From: an uncultured bacterium
Lineage (GTDB): Bacteria > Oederibacteriota > PGYV01 > CAWJRG01
Direction: 5' to 3'
Assembly (NCBI GenBank): GCA_963845185.1
Contig: CAWJRG010000010.1
Coordinates: 832,001 to 896,000, forward strand
Length of the DNA stretch: 64,000 nucleotides
Both the position numbers and the translations under genes were made by a program. The notes beneath the pieces were generated by a model that searched no databases, was not told the origin of the DNA, and worked only from the letters and a program-made list of their open reading frames with translations. Of this stretch, positions 49,656-60,310 are shown piece after piece. Within the stretch, counting starts at the first letter, position 1, and each line of letters opens with the position of its first letter.

Positions 49656-50252
49656 ATGAAAAACAAAACTTTATTTTTAGCAATTCTTTTAACTGCGGCA
49701 ATAAGCTCCAGCCTGCTTGCAGACAACAGGCTTATTTTCACGGAATTTGGCATTAGTTACGCTTCCATGATAGCGCCGCCTGTTCTTGAGAACAACACAA
49801 CAGGAGTTTTTGATACTGCTTCTTTGGACGTAAAAGCAGGAGTGGATATCTTAAAATGGGCGGATGTATACGCCGGAGGCGGTTTAATGTTTTTTGCCTT
49901 AAGACCAAATTCCGCAGAGAACTATACTTTTTACCCGATTTATGGCGGTATACGCGCAAATATTTTTCCGGACTGGATTGTTTATCCTGGAGTGCTTTTT
50001 GAATTAGGAAAAGCAATATCCAGCCAGCACTTGAATAATGAATTAATGTCACAATTAGGTCCCCTTTATTCACCCCTTGATTATTCCTGGGCCGGGACAT
50101 ATTATAATTTTGGTTTTGACCTGAACATGAACGTAAATGATATAGCAATACTTTCACTTAAAATAGACAGGCCTGCTATCAGCAGCGGCGACACAAAATT
50201 AGGCGAAATTCAAATTTTCAGGGTTGGTCTTGCCTGGAAAATGCTGTATTGA
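49656..50252 (+). CDS. Hypothetical exported protein, likely beta-barrel
   Basis: Signal peptide, beta-strand pattern, C-terminal aromatic residue. Confidence 0.6.
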   Translation: MKNKTLFLAILLTAAISSSLLADNRLIFTEFGISYASMIAPPVLENNTTGVFDTASLDVKAGVDILKWADVYAGGGLMFFALRPNSAENYTFYPIYGGIRANIFPDWIVYPGVLFELGKAISSQHLNNELMSQLGPLYSPLDYSWAGTYYNFGFDLNMNVNDIAILSLKIDRPAISSGDTKLGEIQIFRVGLAWKMLY

Positions 50253-50262
50253 GGTGAAAACA

Positions 50263-51699
50263 ATGAAAATAAAACAATTAATCATAATTTTACCGGCTAT
50301 ACTATTTTTCTCAATAAACCTATACTCTGCAGAACCAAAATCTGCAATAGCAGCAAGTGAAGGCACGGCTGCAGCAGCTACGGCACAGCCTACTGCAAAT
50401 GCAACAGTTACTCCATCAAATGCGTTAATCCTGACATATGACGACTGCTACAAGATGGCTTCTGAAAAAAACCGTGATTTCCGCATGGCTAAAATGGACA
50501 AGATAATAGCTGAATCTGAAATGCAGAAGGGCATAGCTGCTTTCGGACCGAGTATCTCACTTTCAGGCGGATACGAGCCGATAAATGTACCTGCCCCAAC
50601 TGCTCCAGGCAATACACTTTATGATTTTGTCGGAGCCTATTTACCTGCAAATTTTCATTCACCATTTTATTTGAGCCTAGCCCCTCAATTTTATTACATG
50701 GCCCAAATAACATTGTCACAGCCTATTTTTACTTTTGGAAAAACATTTTTTGGATTTAAGATTGCAGATGAAGCATACAAGATAGCAAAAATAAAATTCA
50801 ATAAAGCGGAACAAAAGCTTACGCTTGACGTAATAAACGCTTTTTACGGAGCCCTGATTGCTCAGGAACTTAACGATGTGCAGCAGGAGGCACTTAAAGC
50901 AAATGAGGAATATTTAAGGATAACGAAAACAAAATACGCAAATGGACAGGCGTCAAACTTCGACGTTTTACAGGCACAGGTGCAGTATGCAAACTCTTTA
51001 CCTGACGCAAAAAAAGCAGAGGATGGAGTAATAATTGCAAAACAAATGCTGAAAAACACACTTGGCCTGCCGCTTGACCAGGAAATAACCCTGTCGGGCA
51101 CAACTGAATATAAAAAATTTGAAATGACCTATGATGAAATAGAAAAGAAATTTAAAGAGAAGAACAACGACAGGGAAATGATTGAAGCAGCGGCAAATAT
51201 TGCAAAATATACAAAAGATTTAGAGGCTGCAATGCTTTTGCCAAATATAGGACTAAATGCAAATTATGATTATGTTTCTTCGGACCCTGCATTTCACCAC
51301 GAAGCCTGGGACTGGCAGTCATCCTGGACAGTCATGGTAGGATTACAGTGGACATTTTTTGACAGTTTTAAAAATGTAGCATCGCTAAGGGAAGCAGCTG
51401 CCGCAGAGGAAAAAGCCAACCTTAGCAAGGAAAATACGGACAATCTTTTGAAAATACAGCTCGACCTGTTTTACACATCGCTGGAAGAATCAAAGCAGAT
51501 TATAGAGGCGGCTGATGACCTGATAAAGCAGGCGCAGGAAGGCTACAGGATAGCGAAGGAAAGCTATAAAAACGGGCTTATCCAGAGCGTGGATCTCTTA
51601 AATTCCGAAACTGGGCTGCTGCGCGCAAAGATAAATTACCTTAACGCAATGATGAACTACATAACAACGGCTCAGACATTAAGGAATTTTGTGGAATAA
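50263..51699 (+). CDS. TolC family outer-membrane efflux protein
   Basis: LSQPIF, DV..AFY, Y.NG.....DVL.AQ and the repeated OEP pattern. Confidence 0.92.
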   Translation: MKIKQLIIILPAILFFSINLYSAEPKSAIAASEGTAAAATAQPTANATVTPSNALILTYDDCYKMASEKNRDFRMAKMDKIIAESEMQKGIAAFGPSISLSGGYEPINVPAPTAPGNTLYDFVGAYLPANFHSPFYLSLAPQFYYMAQITLSQPIFTFGKTFFGFKIADEAYKIAKIKFNKAEQKLTLDVINAFYGALIAQELNDVQQEALKANEEYLRITKTKYANGQASNFDVLQAQVQYANSLPDAKKAEDGVIIAKQMLKNTLGLPLDQEITLSGTTEYKKFEMTYDEIEKKFKEKNNDREMIEAAANIAKYTKDLEAAMLLPNIGLNANYDYVSSDPAFHHEAWDWQSSWTVMVGLQWTFFDSFKNVASLREAAAAEEKANLSKENTDNLLKIQLDLFYTSLEESKQIIEAADDLIKQAQEGYRIAKESYKNGLIQSVDLLNSETGLLRAKINYLNAMMNYITTAQTLRNFVE

Positions 51700-51704
51700 A
51701 TTCC

Positions 51705-51806
51705 GCACCTCTTGTCCTGGGCCTGGCGGCCTCGGACTTGAACGGGTGCATGCAAGAGTAATATTTTGCTGCGCCCTTTAGGGGCTTACAAAATAAACTC
51801 TTGCAT
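51705..51806 (+). repeat. Structured element family A, copy 5 (between tolC and MFP gene)
   Basis: Complete two-hairpin unit filling the intergenic gap and ending at AGGAGG. Confidence 0.9.
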
Positions 51807-51815
51807 AGGAGGAAT

Positions 51816-52760
51816 ATGATGCAAAGAAAACAGATGAAACAAATAGGAATATGGATATTGATAGTAATTCTGGCAATAATACTTATTCAGGTTGTTATTA
51901 GTATTGCAAAAAGCATAAAAAAACCTGAAGAGCTTGTTTTTAATGTGAACACAGTCAAGCTTCAAAAACAGAAGTTACAACATATCCTGACCGTCCAGGG
52001 GATACTTGAAGGTGACCCTCAGGTCAAAGTATACCCCCAGGTACCTGGAAAGTTCGCAAAGAATGTGGTTGCCGAGGGTGACAGCGTAAAAAAGGAAGAT
52101 GTGCTGGCATATCTCGACAGGGACATGGTCGGGTATAAATACGAACTCGCGCCAGTCAAGTCGCCGGCGTCAGGGATAGTTACAAAGTTATATTATACAG
52201 ATAAAGGCGACGCAGTAAGCCCGGAAATGCCTGTTGCAGAAATTGGAAACGAGGATAATGTAAAAGTCGTTTTTAACCTTGGACAGGACGATTTGTTAAA
52301 GGTACATAAAGGGCAACCTGTCCAGATATTCTTTGTTGATGACCCGGCTATTTCCATTGATGGCGAAGTTTTTTCAGTCCCGCCGGTGGTAGATACGGAC
52401 ATTATGGCCGGTACAGTTGTCGTAAAGGCGCCGAATAAGGCAAAGACAATGAAAATAGGCATGTCGGTAAATGTGGAGATTTTAACGGGAGAAACAGACA
52501 GCTATATGATCCCTGAAAGAGCAGTCCTGCTTGGCGAAGATTTTTCATATGTTTACATTGATAAGTCGGGCAAAGCAACGCAGGCAAAAGTGACGACCGG
52601 TATGAGGCAAAATGACTTAATAGAAATAGCAGGACCTCTGGCTGATGGTGACGAAGTAGTTACTGACGGGAATTTCAAATTATTTGAAGGTGCAAAGTTA
52701 AGCGCAGCTTCATCCCAGGTTACGTCGGTGCCTGTAACAACAACAACTGCGGTAAAATAA
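51816..52760 (+). CDS. RND periplasmic adaptor (MFP) 1
   Basis: N-terminal TM; V.EGD.VKK, VKSPASG and GDEVVTDG motifs. Confidence 0.9.
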   Translation: MMQRKQMKQIGIWILIVILAIILIQVVISIAKSIKKPEELVFNVNTVKLQKQKLQHILTVQGILEGDPQVKVYPQVPGKFAKNVVAEGDSVKKEDVLAYLDRDMVGYKYELAPVKSPASGIVTKLYYTDKGDAVSPEMPVAEIGNEDNVKVVFNLGQDDLLKVHKGQPVQIFFVDDPAISIDGEVFSVPPVVDTDIMAGTVVVKAPNKAKTMKIGMSVNVEILTGETDSYMIPERAVLLGEDFSYVYIDKSGKATQAKVTTGMRQNDLIEIAGPLADGDEVVTDGNFKLFEGAKLSAASSQVTSVPVTTTTAVK

Positions 52761-52788
52761 ATTATTAACTTTAAAAGGAGTTTTTAAT

Positions 52789-55700
52789 ATGAATATAGCA
52801 GGACTTGCCATAAAAAGGCCTGTCTTTATAGTTATGTTGGTTGCAAGTTTAATAACAATAGGCCTTGTTGGTTATTTCAGCCTTTCAGTAGACCTTTTAC
52901 CTAACGTGGAATTCCCAAATATCGTTGTTACAATAACATACCCGGGAGCTTCGGCTGAAGAAATGGAAAACCTAATAACAAAACCTTTGGAAGACTCTTT
53001 TTCCACACTTGAAGGGCTAGACAAAGTGATATCATCGTCAACTGAAGGGGTCTCTGTTGTAACAGCGCAATTCAAGCTCGGCGTTGATGTGAAATTTTCG
53101 GAAATAAAGGTGAGGGACAAGGTTGCGCTCACAAAAACAATATTACCCGACGGCATAAACGAGCCGATAATACAGAGGTTCACTTTTGCGGACATACCTA
53201 TACTTTTCATGTCTGTAGCCGGCAAGAGGGATACTGTAACATTGCGCGAGCTTATAGAAGACAAAATACAGCCCCGCATAGAGCAGCTGCCGGGTGTAGC
53301 CTCCATATATATATGGGGCGGCAGGAAACGGATAGTAAAGATAACAGTCGATAAAGCCCTGCTCCTGGCAAATAAACTGAATATGAACCAGATTACAGCC
53401 GCTATAAGCAGCAGGGACCTGAATTCTCCTGTTGGTATTGTAGAAGGGCCTGAAAAAAACATTACAGTAAGGGTAAAAGGAGAGTTTGAAGATGTAAATC
53501 AGATAGCCAATACCCCTATTACCTCTATGTCCGGGAAAATAGTCAGGATAAAGGACATTGCAAAAGTCGAGTTTACTGCAGAGGATGAAACCACCCGTGT
53601 GAGGGTTGGCAGTCAACCGGCAGCGTCATTTGCTGTTTTTAAGCAGAGCGGCGAGAATTCTGTACAAGTGGCAAAAGAGGTAATAAACGCAGTAAAAGAT
53701 ATCCAGAAAGACCTGCCCTCCGATGTAATTCTTGCGGTTAACGGCGATACAACCCGCGGTATTGTAAGGAGTATTGAGGGCGTCCAGGAAAACATATTAA
53801 TTGGAGCCTTACTTGCCATACTTATAGTATGGCTTTTCCTGGGTAATTTCAGGTCTGCAATAATAACTGCAGTTGCGCTTCCTGATTCCATAATCGGCGC
53901 ATTTTTTCTCATATGGATAGCAGGATTTTCGATAAACACAATAACCCTGCTTTCGCTTGCCCTGGCGGTCGGGCTGCTTATAGATGATTCAATTGTCGTG
54001 CGCGAAAATATATTCAGGCATATTGAAGAGGGCATGAAGCCTATGGAAGCCGCGGAAAAAGGCACAAATGAAGTCGCGCTTGCTGTAATATCAACCACAC
54101 TTTCCATAATGGCAGTATTCATTCCGATATCGTTTTTATCCGGCATGATTGGCCAGTTTTTCAGGCAGTTTGGACTGACAGTGGCTTTTGCCCTGGGAGT
54201 TTCTTTGCTTGATGCTTTTACCATGGCACCCATGCTTTCCGCCTACTGGTACAGGAAAAGCGACGAAAAGAAGAGGACAGGCTTTATAAAGTGGGTTTAC
54301 CAGCAATCGGATAACTGGAATAAATTTTACGATGAGCTAAAAAAAGTATACAAGGATATTATTGCATGGGCGCTCGAAAACAAGAAAAAGGTACTGCTTG
54401 CTGCTCTCATGCTTTTTGTGGCAAGCTTTAGTTCCTGCTTTTTCGTAGGAAAGGGATTCATGCAGCAGGATTCCGGGTACGCGATAATGAATATCCAGAC
54501 TTATACAGGCGCGCCGCTCGATAAAACAGATTCCTACATCAAAAAGCTGGAGGAGTTTGTGGCAAAACAGCCTGACGCTGAATCATATTTCATTATAACA
54601 GGCGGAGGATTTTCCCAGGACGCGAGGTCCAATACAGGCCTGCTTTTCATAACCATGAAGCCTTTAAGCCAGAGGAAGGTGACAAAGACAACAGATGATA
54701 TGCAGCAGGTAGTGAGGAAGTATATCAAGGACCAGAAGCTCGATAAATATATAACAGCGGCTTTTGCCGTAGGTGGAGGCATGGGCGGTGACAGCAACTC
54801 AAACACGCCTGTCCTGATAACAATTGCGGGAGATGACTTAAGGGTATTGTCCCAAATAGGGGAGAAAATCAAAAAAATAGTCCAGTCCACTCCCGGAACA
54901 GCCGATGTCGACATTTCAATAAAACCGGGACAGCCGGAAATAGTCCTGAAAGTGGACCCGATAAAATCTGAAAAACTTGGCCTTACAACCTATGATATAT
55001 CCACTGCGTTAAGGACGCTGGTGCAGGGTTTGAAAATAGCCATATATAAAAAAGCTGAAAAAAATTATGACATCATAATGCAGATGAACAAGTCGGACAG
55101 GAAAGTCACAGACGACATCAAAAGCATTTACCTCACAAGCAAAACAGGCAAAAAAATACCGCTTACTGCCGTGGCTGATTTTGAATACAGCTCGGGCCCG
55201 ACAGAAATAGACAGGGAAAATAAAACCAGGATCGTGCGCATCACGGCAAACCTGGCCCCGGGCTATAACACCGGCATGGTTAACGCAAAAATACAGCAGG
55301 CACTTGATAAGGAAGTAAAGCTTCCGACGAATTACAGGTACGTAGCCGGCGGCCAGCAAAAGCAGTTTATGGATGTTTTAACCCAGATGTCGCTTGCCAT
55401 GCTGCTTGCGTTTTTATTTATGTACATGATACTGGCTTCATTATATAATTCTTTTGTCCAGCCTTTTATTATAATGCTTTCTGTTATCCTGGCATTTATT
55501 GGAGGCCCGATAGCGCTGCTTATGACCGGTTACCAGCTTGACCTTTTTGCTTTTATAGGGCTTTTGATGGTCATGGGTTTAGCTGCAAAAAACGGAATAT
55601 TACTGCTTGATTTCACAAACAAAATGCGTCAGCGCGGCATGCAGATAAGGCAGGCGTTGCTGCACGCGGCACCAATACGGTTAAGGCCTATTTTGATGAC

Positions 55701-55935
55701 GACTTTTGCCATGATATTTGGCATGTTGCCTATAGCATTGTCAATGGGCGAGGGGGCCAAGGGAAGGGAATCCCTGGCAGTTGTAGTAATAGGAGGACTT
55801 TTGACATCCACATTCCTTACACTGGTAATTGTACCTGTGGTTTATGAGTGGGTAGAGGGCAAACTGGAAAAAGGAAAAGAAAAAAAGACTGTCAAAAAAA
55901 TAACTGGACGGGCAGCAAAAAAAATTATAGGATAA
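52789..55935 (+). CDS. RND efflux permease 1 (AcrB/AcrD/AcrF family)
   Basis: YPGAS, LIDDSIVV.ENI, KNGILL and RLRPILMTT motifs. Confidence 0.97.
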   Translation: MNIAGLAIKRPVFIVMLVASLITIGLVGYFSLSVDLLPNVEFPNIVVTITYPGASAEEMENLITKPLEDSFSTLEGLDKVISSSTEGVSVVTAQFKLGVDVKFSEIKVRDKVALTKTILPDGINEPIIQRFTFADIPILFMSVAGKRDTVTLRELIEDKIQPRIEQLPGVASIYIWGGRKRIVKITVDKALLLANKLNMNQITAAISSRDLNSPVGIVEGPEKNITVRVKGEFEDVNQIANTPITSMSGKIVRIKDIAKVEFTAEDETTRVRVGSQPAASFAVFKQSGENSVQVAKEVINAVKDIQKDLPSDVILAVNGDTTRGIVRSIEGVQENILIGALLAILIVWLFLGNFRSAIITAVALPDSIIGAFFLIWIAGFSINTITLLSLALAVGLLIDDSIVVRENIFRHIEEGMKPMEAAEKGTNEVALAVISTTLSIMAVFIPISFLSGMIGQFFRQFGLTVAFALGVSLLDAFTMAPMLSAYWYRKSDEKKRTGFIKWVYQQSDNWNKFYDELKKVYKDIIAWALENKKKVLLAALMLFVASFSSCFFVGKGFMQQDSGYAIMNIQTYTGAPLDKTDSYIKKLEEFVAKQPDAESYFIITGGGFSQDARSNTGLLFITMKPLSQRKVTKTTDDMQQVVRKYIKDQKLDKYITAAFAVGGGMGGDSNSNTPVLITIAGDDLRVLSQIGEKIKKIVQSTPGTADVDISIKPGQPEIVLKVDPIKSEKLGLTTYDISTALRTLVQGLKIAIYKKAEKNYDIIMQMNKSDRKVTDDIKSIYLTSKTGKKIPLTAVADFEYSSGPTEIDRENKTRIVRITANLAPGYNTGMVNAKIQQALDKEVKLPTNYRYVAGGQQKQFMDVLTQMSLAMLLAFLFMYMILASLYNSFVQPFIIMLSVILAFIGGPIALLMTGYQLDLFAFIGLLMVMGLAAKNGILLLDFTNKMRQRGMQIRQALLHAAPIRLRPILMTTFAMIFGMLPIALSMGEGAKGRESLAVVVIGGLLTSTFLTLVIVPVVYEWVEGKLEKGKEKKTVKKITGRAAKKIIG

Positions 55936-55962
55936 ATGCAGACTAAATATACATATGCAATT

Positions 55963-55998
55963 ACAGGCAGCCGAGGATTTAATCCCGCGGTTGCCTGT
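55963..55998. repeat. REP-like hairpin or possible attenuating terminator between the two efflux modules
   Basis: ACAGGCAGCCG...CGGTTGCCTGT followed by TTCAGTTT. Confidence 0.55.
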
Positions 55999-56030
55999 TT
56001 CAGTTTATGGACAAGAACCCGGAGTCGAAA

Positions 56031-56927
56031 ATGAAAAAGATACTTAAAAATTCAGCACTTGCGTTGTTGGCACTGATTGCCGCGCTTATGATATTCAGGA
56101 TAGCGGCCAAAATAATACAGGGCGCTGAGAAAAATAAAGAGCTGTTATACACAGTAGCCGGGAAAACCCTGAAGCCGGAAAGTGTCGATGTGATAATCAG
56201 GCTGAACGGAAACGCAGAGGGAGACCCGCAGGTGATGTCTTTCCCCATGCTTTCCGGGAAATTCGATAAAAATATTGTAAGTGAAGGCCAGCAGGTACAA
56301 AAGGGCCAGATAATAGCATATATCGACAGGGATATTGCCGGAGGCGGCTTTGAGCTTGAGCCTGTAAAGGCAGCATCAGGCGGAATGGTCATAAAGCTTT
56401 ATTACAGGGACAAAGGCGCAGAGGTATGGACAAACAGGCCCATAGCCGAGACAGGAGACAGCTCTGTAATAAAAGTATCAATTCCTGTGGGGCCGGAAGA
56501 AACCGAAAAGATAAAAAAGGGTATGGCTGCGAAAATTTATCCTGCAAATGACCCGGAGCAGGGAATAGAGGCCTCAGTTGAAAGTGTCACTCCATTTGTT
56601 AACGGCGAAAACTCAGATGGAAGAGTGATTGTCAAAGGCAAAAATGCTGACGGAAAAATAAAAATAGGAATGAATGTGACAGTAGAAGTCAACACAGGAA
56701 CAAAGCAGGCTTTTATGGTGCTTGAAAGGGCAGTGCTGCTCGGACAGGGCAGGGCATACGTTTTTATCAATGACCACGGCATAGCCCGCGAGCGATGGGT
56801 AAAGACGGGGTATATTAAAGGCGACTATATTGAGATAAGCGGCGACATAAAAGAGGGAGAGCAGATAGTGGTAAACGGGGCATTCATGCTGAATGACGGC
56901 GCGAAAATAGACTTCAAGGAACAATAA
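56031..56927 (+). CDS. RND periplasmic adaptor (MFP) 2
   Basis: Paralog of MFP 1 (EGDPQV, AY.DRD, ERAVLLG shared). Confidence 0.9.
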   Translation: MKKILKNSALALLALIAALMIFRIAAKIIQGAEKNKELLYTVAGKTLKPESVDVIIRLNGNAEGDPQVMSFPMLSGKFDKNIVSEGQQVQKGQIIAYIDRDIAGGGFELEPVKAASGGMVIKLYYRDKGAEVWTNRPIAETGDSSVIKVSIPVGPEETEKIKKGMAAKIYPANDPEQGIEASVESVTPFVNGENSDGRVIVKGKNADGKIKIGMNVTVEVNTGTKQAFMVLERAVLLGQGRAYVFINDHGIARERWVKTGYIKGDYIEISGDIKEGEQIVVNGAFMLNDGAKIDFKEQ

Positions 56928-56929
56928 AA

Positions 56930-59900
56930 ATGAATTTACCTGAAATTGCAGTTAAAAGGCCGGTTTTTATAGTAATGATAGTTGTCGCAATTATTACACT
57001 CGGCTTAATAGGCTATTCAAGAATGGCAGTTGAGCTCGTGCCAAATGTCGAGTTTCCAACAATAACGATCATGACTGTTTACCCCGGCGCGTCTTCGGAG
57101 GAAATAGAAAACCTAGTCTCAAGGCCGATAGAAGACTCGCTTGCAGCGGTGGAAGGAATAGAAAAGATAAGCTCGACTTCTTCAGAAGGGCTGTCGGAAG
57201 TAAATGTGCAGTTTAACCTGGGGACAGACATAAAATTTTCCGAAATAAAAGTCAGGGAAAAGGTACAGCTTGTCAAGCCAACCCTGCCAAAAGATATAGA
57301 CGACCCTATAGTGAGCAGGTTTTCTTTCCAGGATATAGAGGTCATAGACGCGTCAATAAAGGGCAACTTTGACCTTTTCAAGCTCAGGCAGCTTGCCGAA
57401 GACGTGGTAAAGACCAGGCTTGAAAAACTGCCCGGGGTGGGAGACGTGGAAATATGGGGCGGCAGGGAAAAGGAAGTAAAAATAGCAATATCAAAAGCGC
57501 TGCTTATCGCAAAGGGAGTAGGGCTTGATACAGTAATAAAAGCAGTCGCTTCGGAAAATGTAAACTATCCTGTCGGCGTCATGAAACGCGACGAGAAAAA
57601 CGTGACGGTAAGGGTAAAGGGGAAGTTTGAGACAATACAGGACATAGAAAACCTGCCGATAAAAACATATATGGGCTCGACAGTCCGGCTCAAGGATATC
57701 GCAAAAGTTACGTTTGACCTGAAAGAAGAGATGTCAAAAGCGCGTACCATGGGGACAAACGGGGTCATGTTCAGTGTTTTCAAGCAAAGCGGGTCAAACT
57801 CGATACAGGTCGCGGACGAGGTAACAGAAGCGCTGAAACATATGAAAAAATACCTTCCCGAGGGAGTCGAAACAAATGTAATTTACGATACCACGGTTTA
57901 TATAAGGCACAGCGTATCAGGAGTCCAGGAAAATATAATAATCGGGGCGCTGCTTGCCATACTTGTGGTATGGCTGTTTTTGGGGAATTTCCGATCCACC
58001 ATGATAACTGCCGTGGCTTTGCCGGACTCTTTGCTAGGAGCTTTTTTCCTGGTGTGGCTTGTCGGTTACTCGATAAACGTGATTTTGCTCATGGCTTTAT
58101 CGCTTGCCATAGGCCTGCTTATAGACGACTCGATAGTTGTGCGCGAAAATATTTTCAGACACGTGGAAGAGGGCATGGGAAACAAGGAAGCCGCTGTAAA
58201 AGGCACAAACGAGGTTTTTATGGCAGTAATTGCGACCACCCTGTCGATAATGGCTGTTTTTATACCTATATCCTTCATGACGGGCATAATAGGCAAAATG
58301 TTCAGCCAGTTTGGTTTTACGATAGCTTTTGCCCTGGTCATCTCGCTTTTTGACGCTTTCACTACAGCACCCATGCTTTCGGCTTACTGGTATAAAAAAG
58401 AGGAGCCGCATAAGAAAGGATTTGCGAAATTCGCGGCAGACCTTTCAAAAAAATGGAATGAATTTTATTATAACTTAAACGACATTTACAAGGAAATACT
58501 GCTGTGGGCACTGGGCAGAAAGTGGACAGTAATAGGCGTCTCGGCCATGCTTTTTGGCGCCAGTTTTTTTATTGTGCCGTATCTTGACAAAGGATTTTTT
58601 AACGCAGGCGACGAGGGTATGTTTACAGTAAATGTGGAAGCGTATCCGGGAGCTCCAATAGGCAGGCTTGACAGCGACTTGAAGGCAATAGAGGCATTTA
58701 TAATGAAACAGCCTTCGGTTGAAAGTTATTTTTCACGCATTGGCGGAGGAAGGTCGGCGGCGGACCAGAACCAGGGATTTATTTTCGGGACAATGAAGCC
58801 TGAGGGAAAAAGAATATTATCATCCAAGGAACAGTCCCAGGTAATAAAGGATTATATAAGGAAAAATTTCGGCAGGGAGCTTTTTGTTTACGAGGAAACG
58901 CACGGCGCAGAGGCGGTACTTTCCGGCTCAAACAGCACAAGCCCTATCACACTTGAAATAAAAGGCGACGACCTTACGGTTCTGGAAGACCTTGGCAGGC
59001 AGGCAAAGAAAATAGCGCAGGAGATACCGGGAGCAATAGACGTAAACACCTCTTTCAAGCCCGCAAAACCGGAGCTGGTTGTAAAACTTGACAGGACAAA
59101 GGCGGCAAAGCTCGGGATATCGACAGCTGAAATAGGGCAGACCCTGAATACTTTAATAGAGGGATATAAGATTTCCGATTACAGGAGCGAAGGAAAGGAC
59201 TACGATATTGTAGTGCGGATGGATAAAAAAGACATATCCACGGTTGACGACCTGCATGGACTGATGATTACAACACAGACAGGCGCAAAGGTGCCCCTGG
59301 ATGCTGTCGCGACAATTTACTATTCATCGGCGCCGGTTGAGATACTGCGTGAAGACAAGACAAGGATGGTAAAGATAAATGTGAACGTAGCAAAAGGCTA
59401 CTCACTCGGTGAGATAGTGGTAAAAATTGATAAAAGGCTGAAAAAAGAAATAAATTGGCCGGAGGGGTATATGTACGAGTTTACCGGCGAGGACAAACAG
59501 ATGAAAGACATGGCAACGCAGATGATACTTGTTATACTTCTTTCTGTGCTGTTTATGTACATGATACTCGCATCGCTTTATAACTCTTTTATCCAACCTC
59601 TTATCCTGATGCTGTCTGTACCTCTGGCAATCATAGGGGCTTTTACAGCACTTTTGATTACAAAAAAGCCGCTCGATATGATGGGATTTATAGGGATACT
59701 CATGGTGCTCGGGCTTGTGGCAAAAAACGCGATACTGCTTATAGATTTTACAAACAAGAAAAGGGAGCAAGGCATGTCTATAAGGGAAGCATTATTACAC
59801 GCGGGCCCTGTACGCCTGAGGCCAATACTTATGACGACATTTGCCATGATATTCGGCATGTTGCCCATTGCGCTTGGCATAGGCGAGGGCGGCCGCGGCA

Positions 59901-60055
59901 TGGAATCAATGCCTGTGGCTGTGATAGGCGGGCTGTTGACTTCCACTTTCCTTACTCTGATAGTGGTACCTGTTGTATATGAACAGGTTGAGACTTGGTT
60001 GGAAAAAAGAAAAGCTTATAAAGTAAAAGGCTTAAAAGCTAAAAAAATAAATTAA
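56930..60055 (+). CDS. RND efflux permease 2
   Basis: Same RND motifs; paralog of permease 1. Confidence 0.97.
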   Translation: MNLPEIAVKRPVFIVMIVVAIITLGLIGYSRMAVELVPNVEFPTITIMTVYPGASSEEIENLVSRPIEDSLAAVEGIEKISSTSSEGLSEVNVQFNLGTDIKFSEIKVREKVQLVKPTLPKDIDDPIVSRFSFQDIEVIDASIKGNFDLFKLRQLAEDVVKTRLEKLPGVGDVEIWGGREKEVKIAISKALLIAKGVGLDTVIKAVASENVNYPVGVMKRDEKNVTVRVKGKFETIQDIENLPIKTYMGSTVRLKDIAKVTFDLKEEMSKARTMGTNGVMFSVFKQSGSNSIQVADEVTEALKHMKKYLPEGVETNVIYDTTVYIRHSVSGVQENIIIGALLAILVVWLFLGNFRSTMITAVALPDSLLGAFFLVWLVGYSINVILLMALSLAIGLLIDDSIVVRENIFRHVEEGMGNKEAAVKGTNEVFMAVIATTLSIMAVFIPISFMTGIIGKMFSQFGFTIAFALVISLFDAFTTAPMLSAYWYKKEEPHKKGFAKFAADLSKKWNEFYYNLNDIYKEILLWALGRKWTVIGVSAMLFGASFFIVPYLDKGFFNAGDEGMFTVNVEAYPGAPIGRLDSDLKAIEAFIMKQPSVESYFSRIGGGRSAADQNQGFIFGTMKPEGKRILSSKEQSQVIKDYIRKNFGRELFVYEETHGAEAVLSGSNSTSPITLEIKGDDLTVLEDLGRQAKKIAQEIPGAIDVNTSFKPAKPELVVKLDRTKAAKLGISTAEIGQTLNTLIEGYKISDYRSEGKDYDIVVRMDKKDISTVDDLHGLMITTQTGAKVPLDAVATIYYSSAPVEILREDKTRMVKINVNVAKGYSLGEIVVKIDKRLKKEINWPEGYMYEFTGEDKQMKDMATQMILVILLSVLFMYMILASLYNSFIQPLILMLSVPLAIIGAFTALLITKKPLDMMGFIGILMVLGLVAKNAILLIDFTNKKREQGMSIREALLHAGPVRLRPILMTTFAMIFGMLPIALGIGEGGRGMESMPVAVIGGLLTSTFLTLIVVPVVYEQVETWLEKRKAYKVKGLKAKKIN

Positions 60056-60127
60056 AAAATATGGTACGAAAAGCAATCTAGTTCTTATTATTATGAGGGA
60101 CAGTTACTATAAAAATTATAGACAAAA

Positions 60128-60192
60128 ACCCGGGGCATTACCCTCCAAACCCCCTCTTATTAATTCCCCTTATTTTGCCCCGGGTCTTTTTT
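60128..60192 (+). terminator. Intrinsic-terminator-like stem with unusually long C-rich loop
   Basis: ACCCGGGGCA/TGCCCCGGGT followed by CTTTTTT. Confidence 0.6.
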
Positions 60193-60234
60193 ATTTTGAT
60201 ATTTTATATAAACCATAAAATATTAACAAAATAC

Positions 60235-60263
60235 TTGACAAACAATAAAATATCAATTATAAT
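60235..60263 (+). promoter_or_regulatory. Consensus sigma70 promoter upstream of family A copy 6
   Basis: TTGACA-17-TATAAT. Confidence 0.75.
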
Positions 60264-60310
60264 TAATGCACTAAGGATAAAAATAGAATTGTTAGTTTAA
60301 AAAACAAAGA

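Noticed and set aside
11529..59946. Numerous antisense ORFs opposite recA, accC, thiC and the RND genes
   Set aside because: Shadow frames of well-supported genes with no motifs or RBS.
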